From contig CBDCNP010000002.1 of the NCBI GenBank assembly GCA_965219415.1, positions 3,680,001-3,744,000 of the forward strand: a stretch of DNA of 64,000 nt, written 5' to 3'. The notes under the pieces are model-generated. The model did no database searches. It had not been told where the DNA came from and saw only the letters and a program-made list of their open reading frames with translations. Of the stretch, positions 10,471-20,211 are shown one piece after another (the first letter of the stretch is position 1; every line of letters starts with the position of its first letter). Made by a program: the position numbers and the translations under genes. Source of the stretch: Candidatus Marinacidobacterales bacterium (lineage in GTDB: Bacteria; Acidobacteriota; Vicinamibacteria; Marinacidobacterales; DATDRI01).

Positions 10471-11583
10471 ATGACCCGCGAAGCGCCCGATGTCGTCATC
10501 ATAGGAGGCGGCGTCATCGGGTCGGCGATCGCGCTCCGCCTTGCCCAGGAGAATCTACAGGTAACGGTTTTGGATCAATCAGAGCCTGGCCGGGAAGCCT
10601 CAGGGGTCGCGGCGGGAATTCTGTCCCCTCAAGCGGAGTCCAACGGCCCGACACCTTTTTTCCAGCTTGCCCACGCGAGTCGAGCACTCTATCCATCCTT
10701 TGCCGACGAGCTCCGGGAATTGACAGGTGTAGACGTGGAGCTTCGACTGGACGGCGTGGTCGCGGTGGCGGAAACCGAAGCCGAAGACAAGGAGCTTGCC
10801 GCGCGGTTCCAATGGCAGAGCGAGGCGGGGTTCGCGGTAGAAAAACTGAAGGCCAAAGAGCTGACCGAGCTCGAACCGTCACTTCGGCCGGGTCTGCGGG
10901 GAGGCATCTTTTTTCCGAACAACGGTCATGTCGTCGGCCCAAAGGTTACCGAGGCGGTGATCCTGGCAGCCGCTAGCGCCGGCGTACGTTTCGAATCGGG
11001 GAACCCGGCCCGACGGATCCTACACAAAAACGGAAGAGTGACCGGTGTGGAAGCGGCGAACGGGGTCTTGGCCTGCGCTCAAGCCGTCAATGCCGCCGGA
11101 GCGTGGTCGGGTTTCGATTCGACCCTGCCGTTCGCGATTCCGATTCGACCGGCTCGTGGGGACATCGTGGCTCTCAGGGGAGAGCCAGCGCCGCGGCATG
11201 TCGTTTACTCACACGAACTCTATGTCGTGCCCCGGCTCGACGGCCGCATCCTGTTGGGAGCGACGATGGAGTTCGCCGGCTTCGACAGCACGGTCAAGGC
11301 GGCCGGCGTCCATAAGCTCATCGCCGGGTGCTTCGGACTTCTTCCCGATCTAGAACGTGCGGAATTCGATTCCGCTTGGGCGGGACTCCGTCCCTGCACA
11401 TCCGACCAACTACCCATCCTCGGCACCACTCCGATCGAGGGGCTGCACCTGGCGACCGGCCATTGCCGGAACGGCATTCTCTTGGCTCCTGTTACGGCTC
11501 GAGTCGCTGCCGATGTCATCACTAAGGGGACTTCAGAATTGGACCTCTCTCCGTTCTCCGTCTCTCGATTCGAGAACACGTGA
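10471..11583 (+). CDS. thiO: Glycine oxidase ThiO-like FAD-dependent oxidoreductase
   Basis: IIGGGVIG, EASGVAAGIL, WAGLRP, ATGHCRNGILLAP. Confidence 0.88.
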   Translation: MTREAPDVVIIGGGVIGSAIALRLAQENLQVTVLDQSEPGREASGVAAGILSPQAESNGPTPFFQLAHASRALYPSFADELRELTGVDVELRLDGVVAVAETEAEDKELAARFQWQSEAGFAVEKLKAKELTELEPSLRPGLRGGIFFPNNGHVVGPKVTEAVILAAASAGVRFESGNPARRILHKNGRVTGVEAANGVLACAQAVNAAGAWSGFDSTLPFAIPIRPARGDIVALRGEPAPRHVVYSHELYVVPRLDGRILLGATMEFAGFDSTVKAAGVHKLIAGCFGLLPDLERAEFDSAWAGLRPCTSDQLPILGTTPIEGLHLATGHCRNGILLAPVTARVAADVITKGTSELDLSPFSVSRFENT

Positions 11584-12269
11584 GCTCCTTCTACCCACCC
11601 CTAGAGCCGGAGACACCTGCAAGGCCTGCACAGATCGTCCGGGAAACTCTCCTCTCCCGAAAGCCGGAAGGCTCCAGTGGTTGGATCGCTTTGGCGAGCG
11701 TCGCGGTGCTGTGCGGAGTTTCGGCGATCTATTGGACGGACTTTCTCGGGCTCACCTCTGAGCTCGCAGCGACGCCGGAAATGGTTTTCGACCGCAAGGA
11801 GTATTGGCGACTCCTCACCACCATCGGCACGCATGCGAACTTTCAGCATTTGCTGAGCAATGCCATCGTCTTCGGAGTCTTGAGCTACTTGCTCTACGGG
11901 TACTTCGGTCCGGTCGCTTATCCGGTACTCGCTTTGGCGGGAGGCGTCGCGGTCACGGCAGTGTCCTTGTCGACTTATCCACCGATGACGATCCTGGTGG
12001 GCGCTTCGGGAGTCACTTATCTGATGGCGGGGTTTTGGCTCACCCTCTATCTTTTCGTCGAGCGACGGTTTTCGGCAACGAAAAGACTTTTGCGCTCGAT
12101 AGGATTCAGCCTCATCGTGTTGATGCCGACGGCGCTCGAGCCGACGGTGAGCTACCGCACTCACTTGTTCGGTTTTGGAATCGGTATGGTGCTCGGGGTA
12201 GGCTATTTCTACTTCAACAAGGCAAGGTTGCGACGTGCCGAGCGCGTGGAGGTTGAGCTCGACTACTAG
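11580..12269 (+). CDS. Rhomboid family intramembrane serine protease
   Basis: EYWRL, HANFQHLLSN, GASG, THLFG. Confidence 0.92.
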   Translation: MSSFYPPLEPETPARPAQIVRETLLSRKPEGSSGWIALASVAVLCGVSAIYWTDFLGLTSELAATPEMVFDRKEYWRLLTTIGTHANFQHLLSNAIVFGVLSYLLYGYFGPVAYPVLALAGGVAVTAVSLSTYPPMTILVGASGVTYLMAGFWLTLYLFVERRFSATKRLLRSIGFSLIVLMPTALEPTVSYRTHLFGFGIGMVLGVGYFYFNKARLRRAERVEVELDY

Positions 12270-12330
12270 CAGGGTGCCAGGAAGCCGAGCCGAGCGGTCA
12301 GCTGTCCCGCAGCATTGATGGTTGATGCAC

Positions 12331-12968
12331 TTAGAAGTAGAACCTGAGCTCGCTCTCGCGGACGCTTCGTAGCGGATTGGAAAGCTGCGCTAGCAGTGCC
12401 ACCGCGTGGCTACGGTACATGTCGATCCTCTCCATCCGTCGCTGAGCCTTCGGGTCGCCACTCTCTCGGAACAACTGGCGCAACTCCGACAACCGCCCGT
12501 CCGCCTCTTCCAAACTCAACGCGACGGAGATGAAGACCATGAGATCGATCTGGCGGCGACTGAAACCTCGGCTCTGCCAAACCAGGTCTTCGCGCAAGAG
12601 CGCTTGCTGCACCCGCAGGCTACGCTCGGGATCGAATCCCTCGGCGACCTTCTGGAGATATGCGGTCGCGGATCGAGTCAGCCGAGGCACGAGGCCGTGC
12701 GCCTGCTCTCGAGAAAAGGACATGGATCGATTTGGCTCGCCAATGGCTCTCGAAGCGAGCACGACCCTGCCTTGGACGGAAGGTCGGAGGCATCTTCGCC
12801 ACCGGGGCCACCAGGGCCACCAGGGCTCCCCGGGATCGAAGTACCACCCGCTTGTACCGATGTAGGCACAATCCCACACAAGGTGAGGGAGACCAAGGCC
12901 AGCATCAAGGCGCCCCTGGCAACGCCTGAGACAGCTAACCTTTTGTACTTTAAGGGGTTTTCCTTCAT
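12331..12968 (-). pseudogene. Hypothetical secreted protein with one frameshift (~12775)
   Basis: Signal peptide + PGSPGGPGGPGG linker in one frame continues as a helical domain (...SMSFSREQA...ELRFYF) in the adjacent frame. Confidence 0.5.
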
Positions 12969-13140
12969 TACCCCACCTCCACAGTTTGCGTCGGGAACGT
13001 CCTGGAACATCTTTAATAAGATACATAGGCAAATTGGATGCCAGGAATGGGGAGGAGTAGAGCTGGAGGAGGGCCGTCCAAACTAGGTTTTGCCAAGGGT
13101 TAACGTGGGCAGGACGGCGGTGAAACTACGCAGGACGGCT

Positions 13141-13953
13141 CTAGCTTCGGCGAGTTCCCTCGCCGCCATAGGCGAGGGCCATGGCGCGCTCGGTCACCTT
13201 GGCGTAAAGGCGACCGAGCGCACCGCGGATCTCCGGGTGTGCCTCCCAAAACGGAGGAACCCCGAGCCGCTTGAGAAGCGAGACCGACACCGCCGGAGGA
13301 CCCACCGACACGTGAAAGGTCTTCAACGAGTCACCGGCTTGCCAGAATTCGTTGATCAACTCGCGTAGCGAGGGTGCCTTTTCCCGCACCCCGGGGCGAC
13401 CCGACGCTTCGGCGGCTCGGTGCGCGCGGAGTGTTTTGAGAATCTTTTCTCGATCCCGACCGCGAATGCGAAAGAGTAAGAAAGGATCTTGATCCAACTG
13501 CTCTGCCAGAATGTAATGCACCGCGGCGATATGCTTGCATGGATTTGCGGCATCCGGGCACGAGCACTCAGTCACGAGGTCGCCCTGAGAAGTAGGAAAC
13601 AAGGACAGTCCCGCGCTTTGAAAGGCGTCCTCGATGTTTTGCGGCATCTCACCCGCAAGCAGCTTGGCGGCGAACAAGGCCTGAGAGGCTAGAGTCTGCA
13701 AAGCCTTTTCCCACTGCGCCCGAGTAAGCGACTTCACCCGAATCGTCACTCGATAGGGATCGTAGCGAGAACCCTGGATGTCTGCTTCGATTCGCCCGGG
13801 ATCGATCTCGAGTCGCAGCACGCGACCGGAGCGCGCGTAGCGACGCCCCCTTTCTAGCCGGCTCGCCAGACCGAGAAGCTCGAGGGCGGCGATCCACCGC
13901 TGCGCCCACCATTGCTCTGCGAACACGTCTCGTTTTTTACGCTGGGAAGTCAT
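13141..13953 (-). CDS. SWIM zinc-finger protein
   Basis: RLERGRRYARSG, CSCPDAANPCKH, DPFLLFRIRG. Confidence 0.93.
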   Translation of the reverse strand: MTSQRKKRDVFAEQWWAQRWIAALELLGLASRLERGRRYARSGRVLRLEIDPGRIEADIQGSRYDPYRVTIRVKSLTRAQWEKALQTLASQALFAAKLLAGEMPQNIEDAFQSAGLSLFPTSQGDLVTECSCPDAANPCKHIAAVHYILAEQLDQDPFLLFRIRGRDREKILKTLRAHRAAEASGRPGVREKAPSLRELINEFWQAGDSLKTFHVSVGPPAVSVSLLKRLGVPPFWEAHPEIRGALGRLYAKVTERAMALAYGGEGTRRS

Positions 13954-13965
13954 CGTCTCATCCCA

Positions 13966-16900
13966 CTAGTCTTGTACCGCGTCGCGCAGTGCGAAGAGCT
14001 CCTTGAGATCGATCGTTGAAAGTTCGGTCAACCAACCTTCTCCGGCACGCACCACCAAACCCGCGAGCTCTTTCTTTTGTTCGATGAGCTCGTCGATTTT
14101 TTCTTCCACGGTGCCGGCACATATGAATTTGTGTACCGAAACCGATCGTGTCTGGCCGATTCGGAAAACGCGATCGGTTGCTTGGTTCTCGACGGCCGGG
14201 TTCCACCAGCGATCGAAATGAAACACGTGCCTCGCACGCGTGAGGTTCAAGCCGAATCCCCCCGCCTTGAGTGAAAGCACAAAGACACTTGGGCCCGGCT
14301 CTTCCTCTTGGAAGCGAGTAATCATTTCCTCACGCTTGCGCACGGGAACGGCGCCGTGAAGGAAGAGCACTTCGGTCGAGAGCGCTTCACGCAAATGCCG
14401 ATGCAACATGCGACCCATCTCAGCGAACTGAGTAAAGATGAGAGCTCGATCTCCCTCTGCCAACACTTCTTCCAGCATTTCAGTGATTCTGGTGAGCTTG
14501 CCAGAACGGCCATCGAGATCGCTATCGTCCCCGAGGTAATGGGTGGGATGGTTGCACACCTGCTTCAGTCGCGTGAGCGCAACGAGAACCTCGCCCTTAC
14601 GGCCCATGCCCTCGGAACGATCGATGCGACTCAGGCTCTCGCGCGCCACGGCCTCGTAGAGTGTCGCCTGCTCTCGAGTCAGGCTGCAGAAAACCTTCAT
14701 TTCGTTCTTCCGCGGTAGATCCTTGATGACCGTGGGGTCGGTCTTCACGCGGCGCAGCACGAAGGGTTGAACGAGACGGCGGAGCTCTTCGGTAGCCTCT
14801 GGATCGCGGTACCTCTCGATGGGCACCGCGAAACGTCGCTTGAAGGCAAGATGGGAGCCCAGGTACGTGGGGTTCAAAAACTCTATGATCGACCACAGCT
14901 CGGAAAGACGGTTCTCCACCGGCGTGCCGGTAAGAGCCACCCGGACCGGTGCGGCAAGGCGCTTCACCGACTTCGTCTGTTTAGCGGCGGGATTTTTTAT
15001 GTTTTGAGCCTCGTCCAAGACCAAACCATCCCACTGGACCGCGGAGAGGTGTTTTAGATCACGATGCACCAAGCTGTAGCTCGAGACCACCAAGTCGTGT
15101 CGGGCCGCTTGTCGGACGAAGGCGTCCCCTTCACGGCGCCCCAATCCATGATGAATCAATACTCGCAACGCCGGTGCGAATCTCTCCGCCTCCTTCCTCC
15201 AATTGCTCATTACCGAAGTGGGGCAGATCAGAAGGAACGGACGTTTCAGCTCGCCGGCTTTCCGGCGATGAAGGAGGAGCGCTAGCATCTGAATGGTTTT
15301 TCCGAGCCCCATATCATCTGCCAGGCACGCCCCGAAGCCCCACTTCCCCAGAAAAGAGAGCCAGGAAAGTCCGGTAACCTGATAAGGCCGAAGCTGTCCT
15401 TGGAAGTCCGCCGGCGGGTCGAGCGTGGGTAGAGACTCAGTGCCCCCAAGCCTTCCCAAGAGTGTTTCGACCCAGCCATCCGCCTCCAATCCACGGACCG
15501 GCAAGCCGTCTTCACCCCGGCCCAGTCCCAACTGCAGGACTTCTCGAAGCGGCATTACCGCCCGCGACGGTCGCGAGCCGATCACCTTCAGCGCTTCCGC
15601 GACGTGCTCCTCTTTGAGCTCTACCCATCGTCCGCGCAGGCGGACCAACGGCTGCTTGAGCGAGACGAGCTGGAGAAACTCCTCACGGTCCAAGCTCTCG
15701 TCACCGAGCGCGACTTGCCAATCGAACTCAACAAGTGCCTCGAGACCGAGAGAAGAGTCGACCCTTCCTGGATCCTCGGGTGCCGCCACGCGAAGCCTCA
15801 ATCCGAAACCCGCCTCCTGCTTCTCCCACCAGGACGGGACGAGAACGCCGAAGCCGCTTTCGCGCAACAGAAAAGCTGACTCGCGGAGAAAAAGATACGC
15901 TTCGTCCAAGTCCAAATCGCAATACTCGGGCCTAGATTCTTTCAAGCTATCTTCGATAGGTGAGAAAAGGACGGACGCGCGGCCGAGCGCTTCGAGAGTT
16001 CGTTCCTGTGGACGGTCCATCCGGCGTTGGAGGTAGCGCCAACTCCGCCCAGCATGTCGCCAAATTCGGCGCAACGGAATGAGGAGGCTCGGGTCGTCGA
16101 CCGCCTGCAGAAAAAACCGGAGCTTCCATCTTTCACCGGCCCCGGTACCTTCTCCTTCGGGTGGTTCGAGTCGGAAAGCGATCCGAAAAGGCGCTTCGGT
16201 CTCGTCCTCCAAAGACCTGCGCCACTCCGCCAACTCGAGCTCCAGCGAACGCCTCTCGTTTCCGGTCACGGAAAGGGCGCCCTCGGAATCCAGTAGGGCA
16301 GCCGCGAAGTGGGCACCTTGGGTATCGATGACACGAGGTCTCAGCCTCAGGCGGGATGCAGCCTGACGCACGAACACATTGACCGCGGTCGCCAGGAAAT
16401 CGTTCAACAAGTCGTCCGGCTCGACACCCTTGCTATTGGCTCGAGAGAAGGCGCGGCAAACCGGAGGCATCGTCGAGGCCAAAACTTCCACCCGCTCGTG
16501 CTCCTCATCCAGCAAAGGCTCCCAAAGAGCGCGGGCCCGCGAGTTCGAGCCGTCCACTCCGGGTAAGAATCTCTGGCGCGCGAGGAGCTCGAGTGTCATA
16601 CGCGCCGCAGTGGCCCAAAAACGTACATCCTGCCCTAGCCGTACGCGAACCGGGGTTCGATCGAGCTCGGCTGGGAGGCTCGCCAACCATCCGAGCGCGG
16701 TCATTGGCGTGAGTGATAGGCCAGGGATTCGCCATTTAGCCAAGCGTTTCGGGGAAGTGACTTCACGCTCGCCGACAATCAATTCTGGGGACGCCACCGG
16801 CTCTCGGTGAAGGGTGGGTAGAAGAAAGTCCGACTCGGCTCGTGAGAAGCTGGCGTCGGAACCGTTTTCCCCGAATGCCCCGAAGATCTCCTCTTCGATT

Positions 16901-17046
16901 TGCCGGCGAGGCGAATGAAACGGGTGAAGGGGTGCGCCATCGGTTTTGGTGCGACCGCGAGGAGACATGGGCGAACCGGTTTCGCCCCAGAGAAAGAACG
17001 CTCCTCCTCCAGATGATGGGATCCAAGTTCCGTGGGCGACAATCAC
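13966..17046 (-). CDS. SNF2-family helicase/ATPase (DUF3670-type N-terminus)
   Basis: LRPYQ, LADDMGLGKT, DEAQ, TGTPVEN, SLKAGGFGLNLT, QATDRVFRIGQ. Confidence 0.96.
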   Translation of the reverse strand: MIVAHGTWIPSSGGGAFFLWGETGSPMSPRGRTKTDGAPLHPFHSPRRQIEEEIFGAFGENGSDASFSRAESDFLLPTLHREPVASPELIVGEREVTSPKRLAKWRIPGLSLTPMTALGWLASLPAELDRTPVRVRLGQDVRFWATAARMTLELLARQRFLPGVDGSNSRARALWEPLLDEEHERVEVLASTMPPVCRAFSRANSKGVEPDDLLNDFLATAVNVFVRQAASRLRLRPRVIDTQGAHFAAALLDSEGALSVTGNERRSLELELAEWRRSLEDETEAPFRIAFRLEPPEGEGTGAGERWKLRFFLQAVDDPSLLIPLRRIWRHAGRSWRYLQRRMDRPQERTLEALGRASVLFSPIEDSLKESRPEYCDLDLDEAYLFLRESAFLLRESGFGVLVPSWWEKQEAGFGLRLRVAAPEDPGRVDSSLGLEALVEFDWQVALGDESLDREEFLQLVSLKQPLVRLRGRWVELKEEHVAEALKVIGSRPSRAVMPLREVLQLGLGRGEDGLPVRGLEADGWVETLLGRLGGTESLPTLDPPADFQGQLRPYQVTGLSWLSFLGKWGFGACLADDMGLGKTIQMLALLLHRRKAGELKRPFLLICPTSVMSNWRKEAERFAPALRVLIHHGLGRREGDAFVRQAARHDLVVSSYSLVHRDLKHLSAVQWDGLVLDEAQNIKNPAAKQTKSVKRLAAPVRVALTGTPVENRLSELWSIIEFLNPTYLGSHLAFKRRFAVPIERYRDPEATEELRRLVQPFVLRRVKTDPTVIKDLPRKNEMKVFCSLTREQATLYEAVARESLSRIDRSEGMGRKGEVLVALTRLKQVCNHPTHYLGDDSDLDGRSGKLTRITEMLEEVLAEGDRALIFTQFAEMGRMLHRHLREALSTEVLFLHGAVPVRKREEMITRFQEEEPGPSVFVLSLKAGGFGLNLTRARHVFHFDRWWNPAVENQATDRVFRIGQTRSVSVHKFICAGTVEEKIDELIEQKKELAGLVVRAGEGWLTELSTIDLKELFALRDAVQD

Positions 17047-17175
17047 GTGATCTCGTTCTCAGAAAGCCGATGCGGCGTGTTCCGCCCAGGCGATCCCTCC
17101 AGTTTAGCACGAGGCGACCGAGCCCAAGCCTCCGAAACAAGTGCCACCCTTTTGGTGAAAAAGAGGGCCGACTCT

Positions 17176-17268
17176 CTAACTCATTGATTCTAATTGGTAT
17201 TCAGGCAGGGAGGTTGGCGGATAGTGCAGTTTGGAGCTATCCGGTCTCGGCTGGAAATCCTGAAAAAC
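17176..17268. other. Putative att-like junction of an integrated region
   Basis: CTAACTCATTGATT followed by TGGCGGATAGTGCAG...CCGGTCTC; lies exactly where intact core genes give way to mosaic DNA. Confidence 0.35.
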
Positions 17269-17397
17269 GGGTGCTTCCGCAGTCAAGTGTTGGCAGCCGC
17301 CGCGTAACCTGTTCGCGTGCTAGAGTTTTAGCCTGATTTCGAGAGGCGCAGTTCTTTCGTCGATGCCGGCTGGGCCGAGTTTTGGCACAGGACGGGG
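17269..17397 (+). repeat. 129-bp direct repeat / MITE-like unit, copy 1
   Basis: GGGTGCTTCCGCAGTC...GAGTTTTGGCACAGGACGGGG; 2 mismatches to 18453-18581. Confidence 0.93.
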
Positions 17398-17434
17398 TGT
17401 TTCCCGTCGGACGAAATCCTGGATCTCCAGACGT

Positions 17435-17585
17435 GCGAAGAGCGACTTTCTCGAGAGCTAGCTCGGGACGAGCCTTGAGGGAGGAGATGAGAGCGCGAAC
17501 AAACGACGAAATCATGCAGGCATGATGCCGGTAGACTGGAGACTAATCAAGTTCGGGGCGCGCGGATGAATAAATAGAAGGCACA
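17435..17585 (-). mobile_element. 5' remnant of an integrase-core (IS481-like) transposon
   Basis: TGT-initiated end at 17585 (TGTGCCTTCTATTTATTCATC), then MISSFVRALISSLKARPELALEKVALR, resembling the 'L.lEnlaLRhQL' start of rve transposases. Confidence 0.55.
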
Positions 17586-17629
17586 GGCCAAGAGCGGACA
17601 ATTCCGTGAATTTTAAGATTCCCCCAAAC

Positions 17630-18289
17630 ATGGCTGGACGGAAAACTAAACTCACCCCCGAGCGCCAAGAGAAGATCCTCAGGTGCGTTCGAGCAGGGAT
17701 GAGCTATAAGGATGCAGCGCAGTCCGCTGGCATAACCCCAGAGACACTTTGCAGGTGGCTCGCACGTGGGAAGGTAGAGAGCGGCCTATTTCATGAATTT
17801 CACGAGTCCGTCCAGGAGGCCCTGGCACACTTCGAATGGGTTCACCTCGAGAATATCGAGCGGAGCGCCCTCGAGCGGAGCGCCCTCGAGGAGAGCAAGA
17901 TTATCCGGCAGACGGTGAAATACAAGGGCGGCGAAATCCTAAACGGCCAGTCGAAAGACGGGAAGGTCAAGTACGCTACGATCGTGTCGAAGTTTCGCCC
18001 GCCGAACTGCGAGGCTTCGATGTGGCTGCTCGCGCGGCGGTTCCCCGAGAGGTGGGGGCCACAAGCAAAAGGAGCAGCTCACGAAGGAAAGGCTCCCGAT
18101 AGACAAGCCACTGTCATATTCTACAAACTGGATAAAAATGGACGTGTATGCGACTTGGTGCTCCCCTCCGATCCTCACTTTAGTAGCGAAATGCTGAAAG
18201 CACCCGATTTTCTGCGGAGTATTCAGAAGGCGCTATTGGCGGCGGGTCATCCAGTAGACGAGTTTGGGCATCCGCGTCCGACTGCATAG
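17630..18289 (+). CDS. Phage-type HTH protein, terminase small subunit-like
   Basis: GRKTKLTPE, AAQSAGITPETLCRW HTH, ASMWLLARRFPERWG; internal 15-nt tandem duplication at 17856-17885. Confidence 0.65.
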   Translation: MAGRKTKLTPERQEKILRCVRAGMSYKDAAQSAGITPETLCRWLARGKVESGLFHEFHESVQEALAHFEWVHLENIERSALERSALEESKIIRQTVKYKGGEILNGQSKDGKVKYATIVSKFRPPNCEASMWLLARRFPERWGPQAKGAAHEGKAPDRQATVIFYKLDKNGRVCDLVLPSDPHFSSEMLKAPDFLRSIQKALLAAGHPVDEFGHPRPTA

Positions 18290-18452
18290 AGTCCGTGTCC
18301 GCCCCGCCTATCGCGGAGCACCCGTGGCCGAATCACGGCGGAGGACAACGATGGAGCCTGACCAGAAGCCCGCTGCGCTGGACGGTTCCCCCGCTGATGC
18401 TCAGGGTGCCGACCACAATTAATGATGAAGGTCACGCAACCGATGCACCGAT

Positions 18453-18581
18453 GGGTGCTTCCGCAGTCAAGTGTTGGCGGCCGCCGCGTAACCTGTTCGC
18501 GTGCTAGAGTTTTAGCCTGATTTCGAGAGGCGCAGTTCTTTCGTCAATGCCGGCTGGGCCGAGTTTTGGCACAGGACGGGG
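18453..18581 (+). repeat. 129-bp direct repeat / MITE-like unit, copy 2
   Basis: Near-identical to 17269-17397. Confidence 0.93.
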
Positions 18582-19118
18582 GACCAGGCAATGAATGGTC
18601 CTATCGAACGCGCGACCAATATGGATTTTGCAGAGCTATTGTCTCGCGAGCTTTGGAGCAAGCTTGGTGCCGAGAGAGATGCATACGTATTACTAGATGG
18701 TTTTCAAAACGCCTATACCGACCCTGGTCTAAATACAACTCTCCGCGATTTGGGACGATTCTCTCAGATGTTGCAAAATGGGATCTATAACGGTGAGCGA
18801 ATCGTACCGGAGGAATGGATTCAGGATTTTAGGCGCAATGGTGATCAAAATGCTTGGAAGAACAATCCTAACTTTATCAAGACGAAGGGGAAGGCACTCC
18901 GGGATACAAGAACGGTTCCTACCGCAGCTATTGGTACGTGACAAATCCGGAAATCGGCCGCTACGCAGCACGAGGTTTAGCTGGTCAGCTAATTGTGATT
19001 GATCCGTCCGCCAATGTGGTGATCGTAAAGTTCAGTTCTAATCCTGCTTCCGGGCGGCGATAGTGGCGCGGTTGTGTCTGCTGCTACAGTTGCAATAATT
19101 GAGACAATTTCTGAATAG
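18582..19118 (+). pseudogene. C-terminal fragment of a NylB/class C beta-lactamase-family serine hydrolase, frameshifted
   Basis: ERAT...LWSKLGAE, TLRDLGRF, IVPEEWI, then in another frame YRSYWY, RGLAGQLIVIDP..NVVIVKFSS; SxxK region absent. Confidence 0.75.
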
Positions 19119-19126
19119 AGATTGAC

Positions 19127-20167
19127 TTAGTCATCGATGGCGGTCGGGTCGGCGTTCGACTCGGCCGGGCCGTAAGCGAGGCCTTCCGCTTGCATCGCCT
19201 GGCGGTAGGCAACGGCCAGGGCGTCGAATTTCAAGTGGAGCTCACTCGCGAGATCGAAAGGCACTTGCTCGGGACGCTGCGACTCCACGATGCGCTGGTC
19301 TTGCCCAAAGATCGTGACTTCGAATTCCTGGAGCACGCTGTCGGGCTGCTCGAGATCGTAGTTCCGGCCGATGATGCAATAGCCCCGACAGTGGTTGGCT
19401 CGAATGGGTTGTGATGCGAAGAAGTAGACCATCCCCTTCTCCCCACCCCAACCGAGCCAAAGCACGATGGTGTAAGGAAGGTGGAGCTCGTAGCGGCTGA
19501 TGCGGTCCGGCGCTTGGGCTTGCTCGTTTCCAAACACGGGAAACTCCCCCGTGTTGGGAGCCTCGGGCCGGGTCACCTTGTAGTGCAGGACGTGCCCCTT
19601 TGTATCCACGGTGTAATCGGGAACGACCGGTCGCTCGATATCGCCCAGCAAACCCGGATGCACCCAAGGGAAGTGTCCAAAGTCGGTGAAGTTCTCGACC
19701 TGCCGCGATGCATCAGCCTTCCACGTGAAGGGACCGGTGTTCACGATTTTCCAGTTGCCGTCTTCGAGCTCGGGAACGTCCGGAAGCTGGTAGGCGGGCT
19801 CGTGAAGCGCAACCCACACCAGACCGTAGCGCTCCTGACAACGGTACGCCGGCACCCGCGCCTTTTTGGGAACGGTCGGGTTCTCCGTTTGCGGGATACG
19901 CACGCATGCGCCGGTCCGGTCGTAGCGCCAACCGTGGTAAGCGCAGACCAAGTTCCCCGCGTCGAGCGAGCCGAGCGAAAGCGCCGTGCCTCGATGAATG
20001 CAGACGTCTTTCATCGCCACCGGGCCTTCGTCTCTCGTGCGCCACAGGACGATGGGCTCGTCGAGAAGGGTCACGCCCAGCGGCTCATCGAATGAAAGCG
20101 AATCGCTGTAAGCAACGGGATGCCAACAACGTTCGACTTTGTCCGAAATGGAGCTCATATCTTCCAC
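19127..20167 (-). CDS. Rieske non-heme iron oxygenase alpha subunit (VanA/NdmA-like demethylase group)
   Basis: CIHRG...CAYHGW Rieske ligands; ENFTDFGHFPWVH iron site; QDQRIVESQRP. Confidence 0.92.
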   Translation of the reverse strand: MEDMSSISDKVERCWHPVAYSDSLSFDEPLGVTLLDEPIVLWRTRDEGPVAMKDVCIHRGTALSLGSLDAGNLVCAYHGWRYDRTGACVRIPQTENPTVPKKARVPAYRCQERYGLVWVALHEPAYQLPDVPELEDGNWKIVNTGPFTWKADASRQVENFTDFGHFPWVHPGLLGDIERPVVPDYTVDTKGHVLHYKVTRPEAPNTGEFPVFGNEQAQAPDRISRYELHLPYTIVLWLGWGGEKGMVYFFASQPIRANHCRGYCIIGRNYDLEQPDSVLQEFEVTIFGQDQRIVESQRPEQVPFDLASELHLKFDALAVAYRQAMQAEGLAYGPAESNADPTAIDD

Positions 20168-20211
20168 GAGCGAATGTACCTCATCGCGATTCCGCGACGC
20201 AAGGAGCGATT

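Noticed and set aside
17237-17515. 92-aa ORF as a real gene
   Set aside because: Only the first ~27 codons look like a transposase start; the rest reads through the repeat
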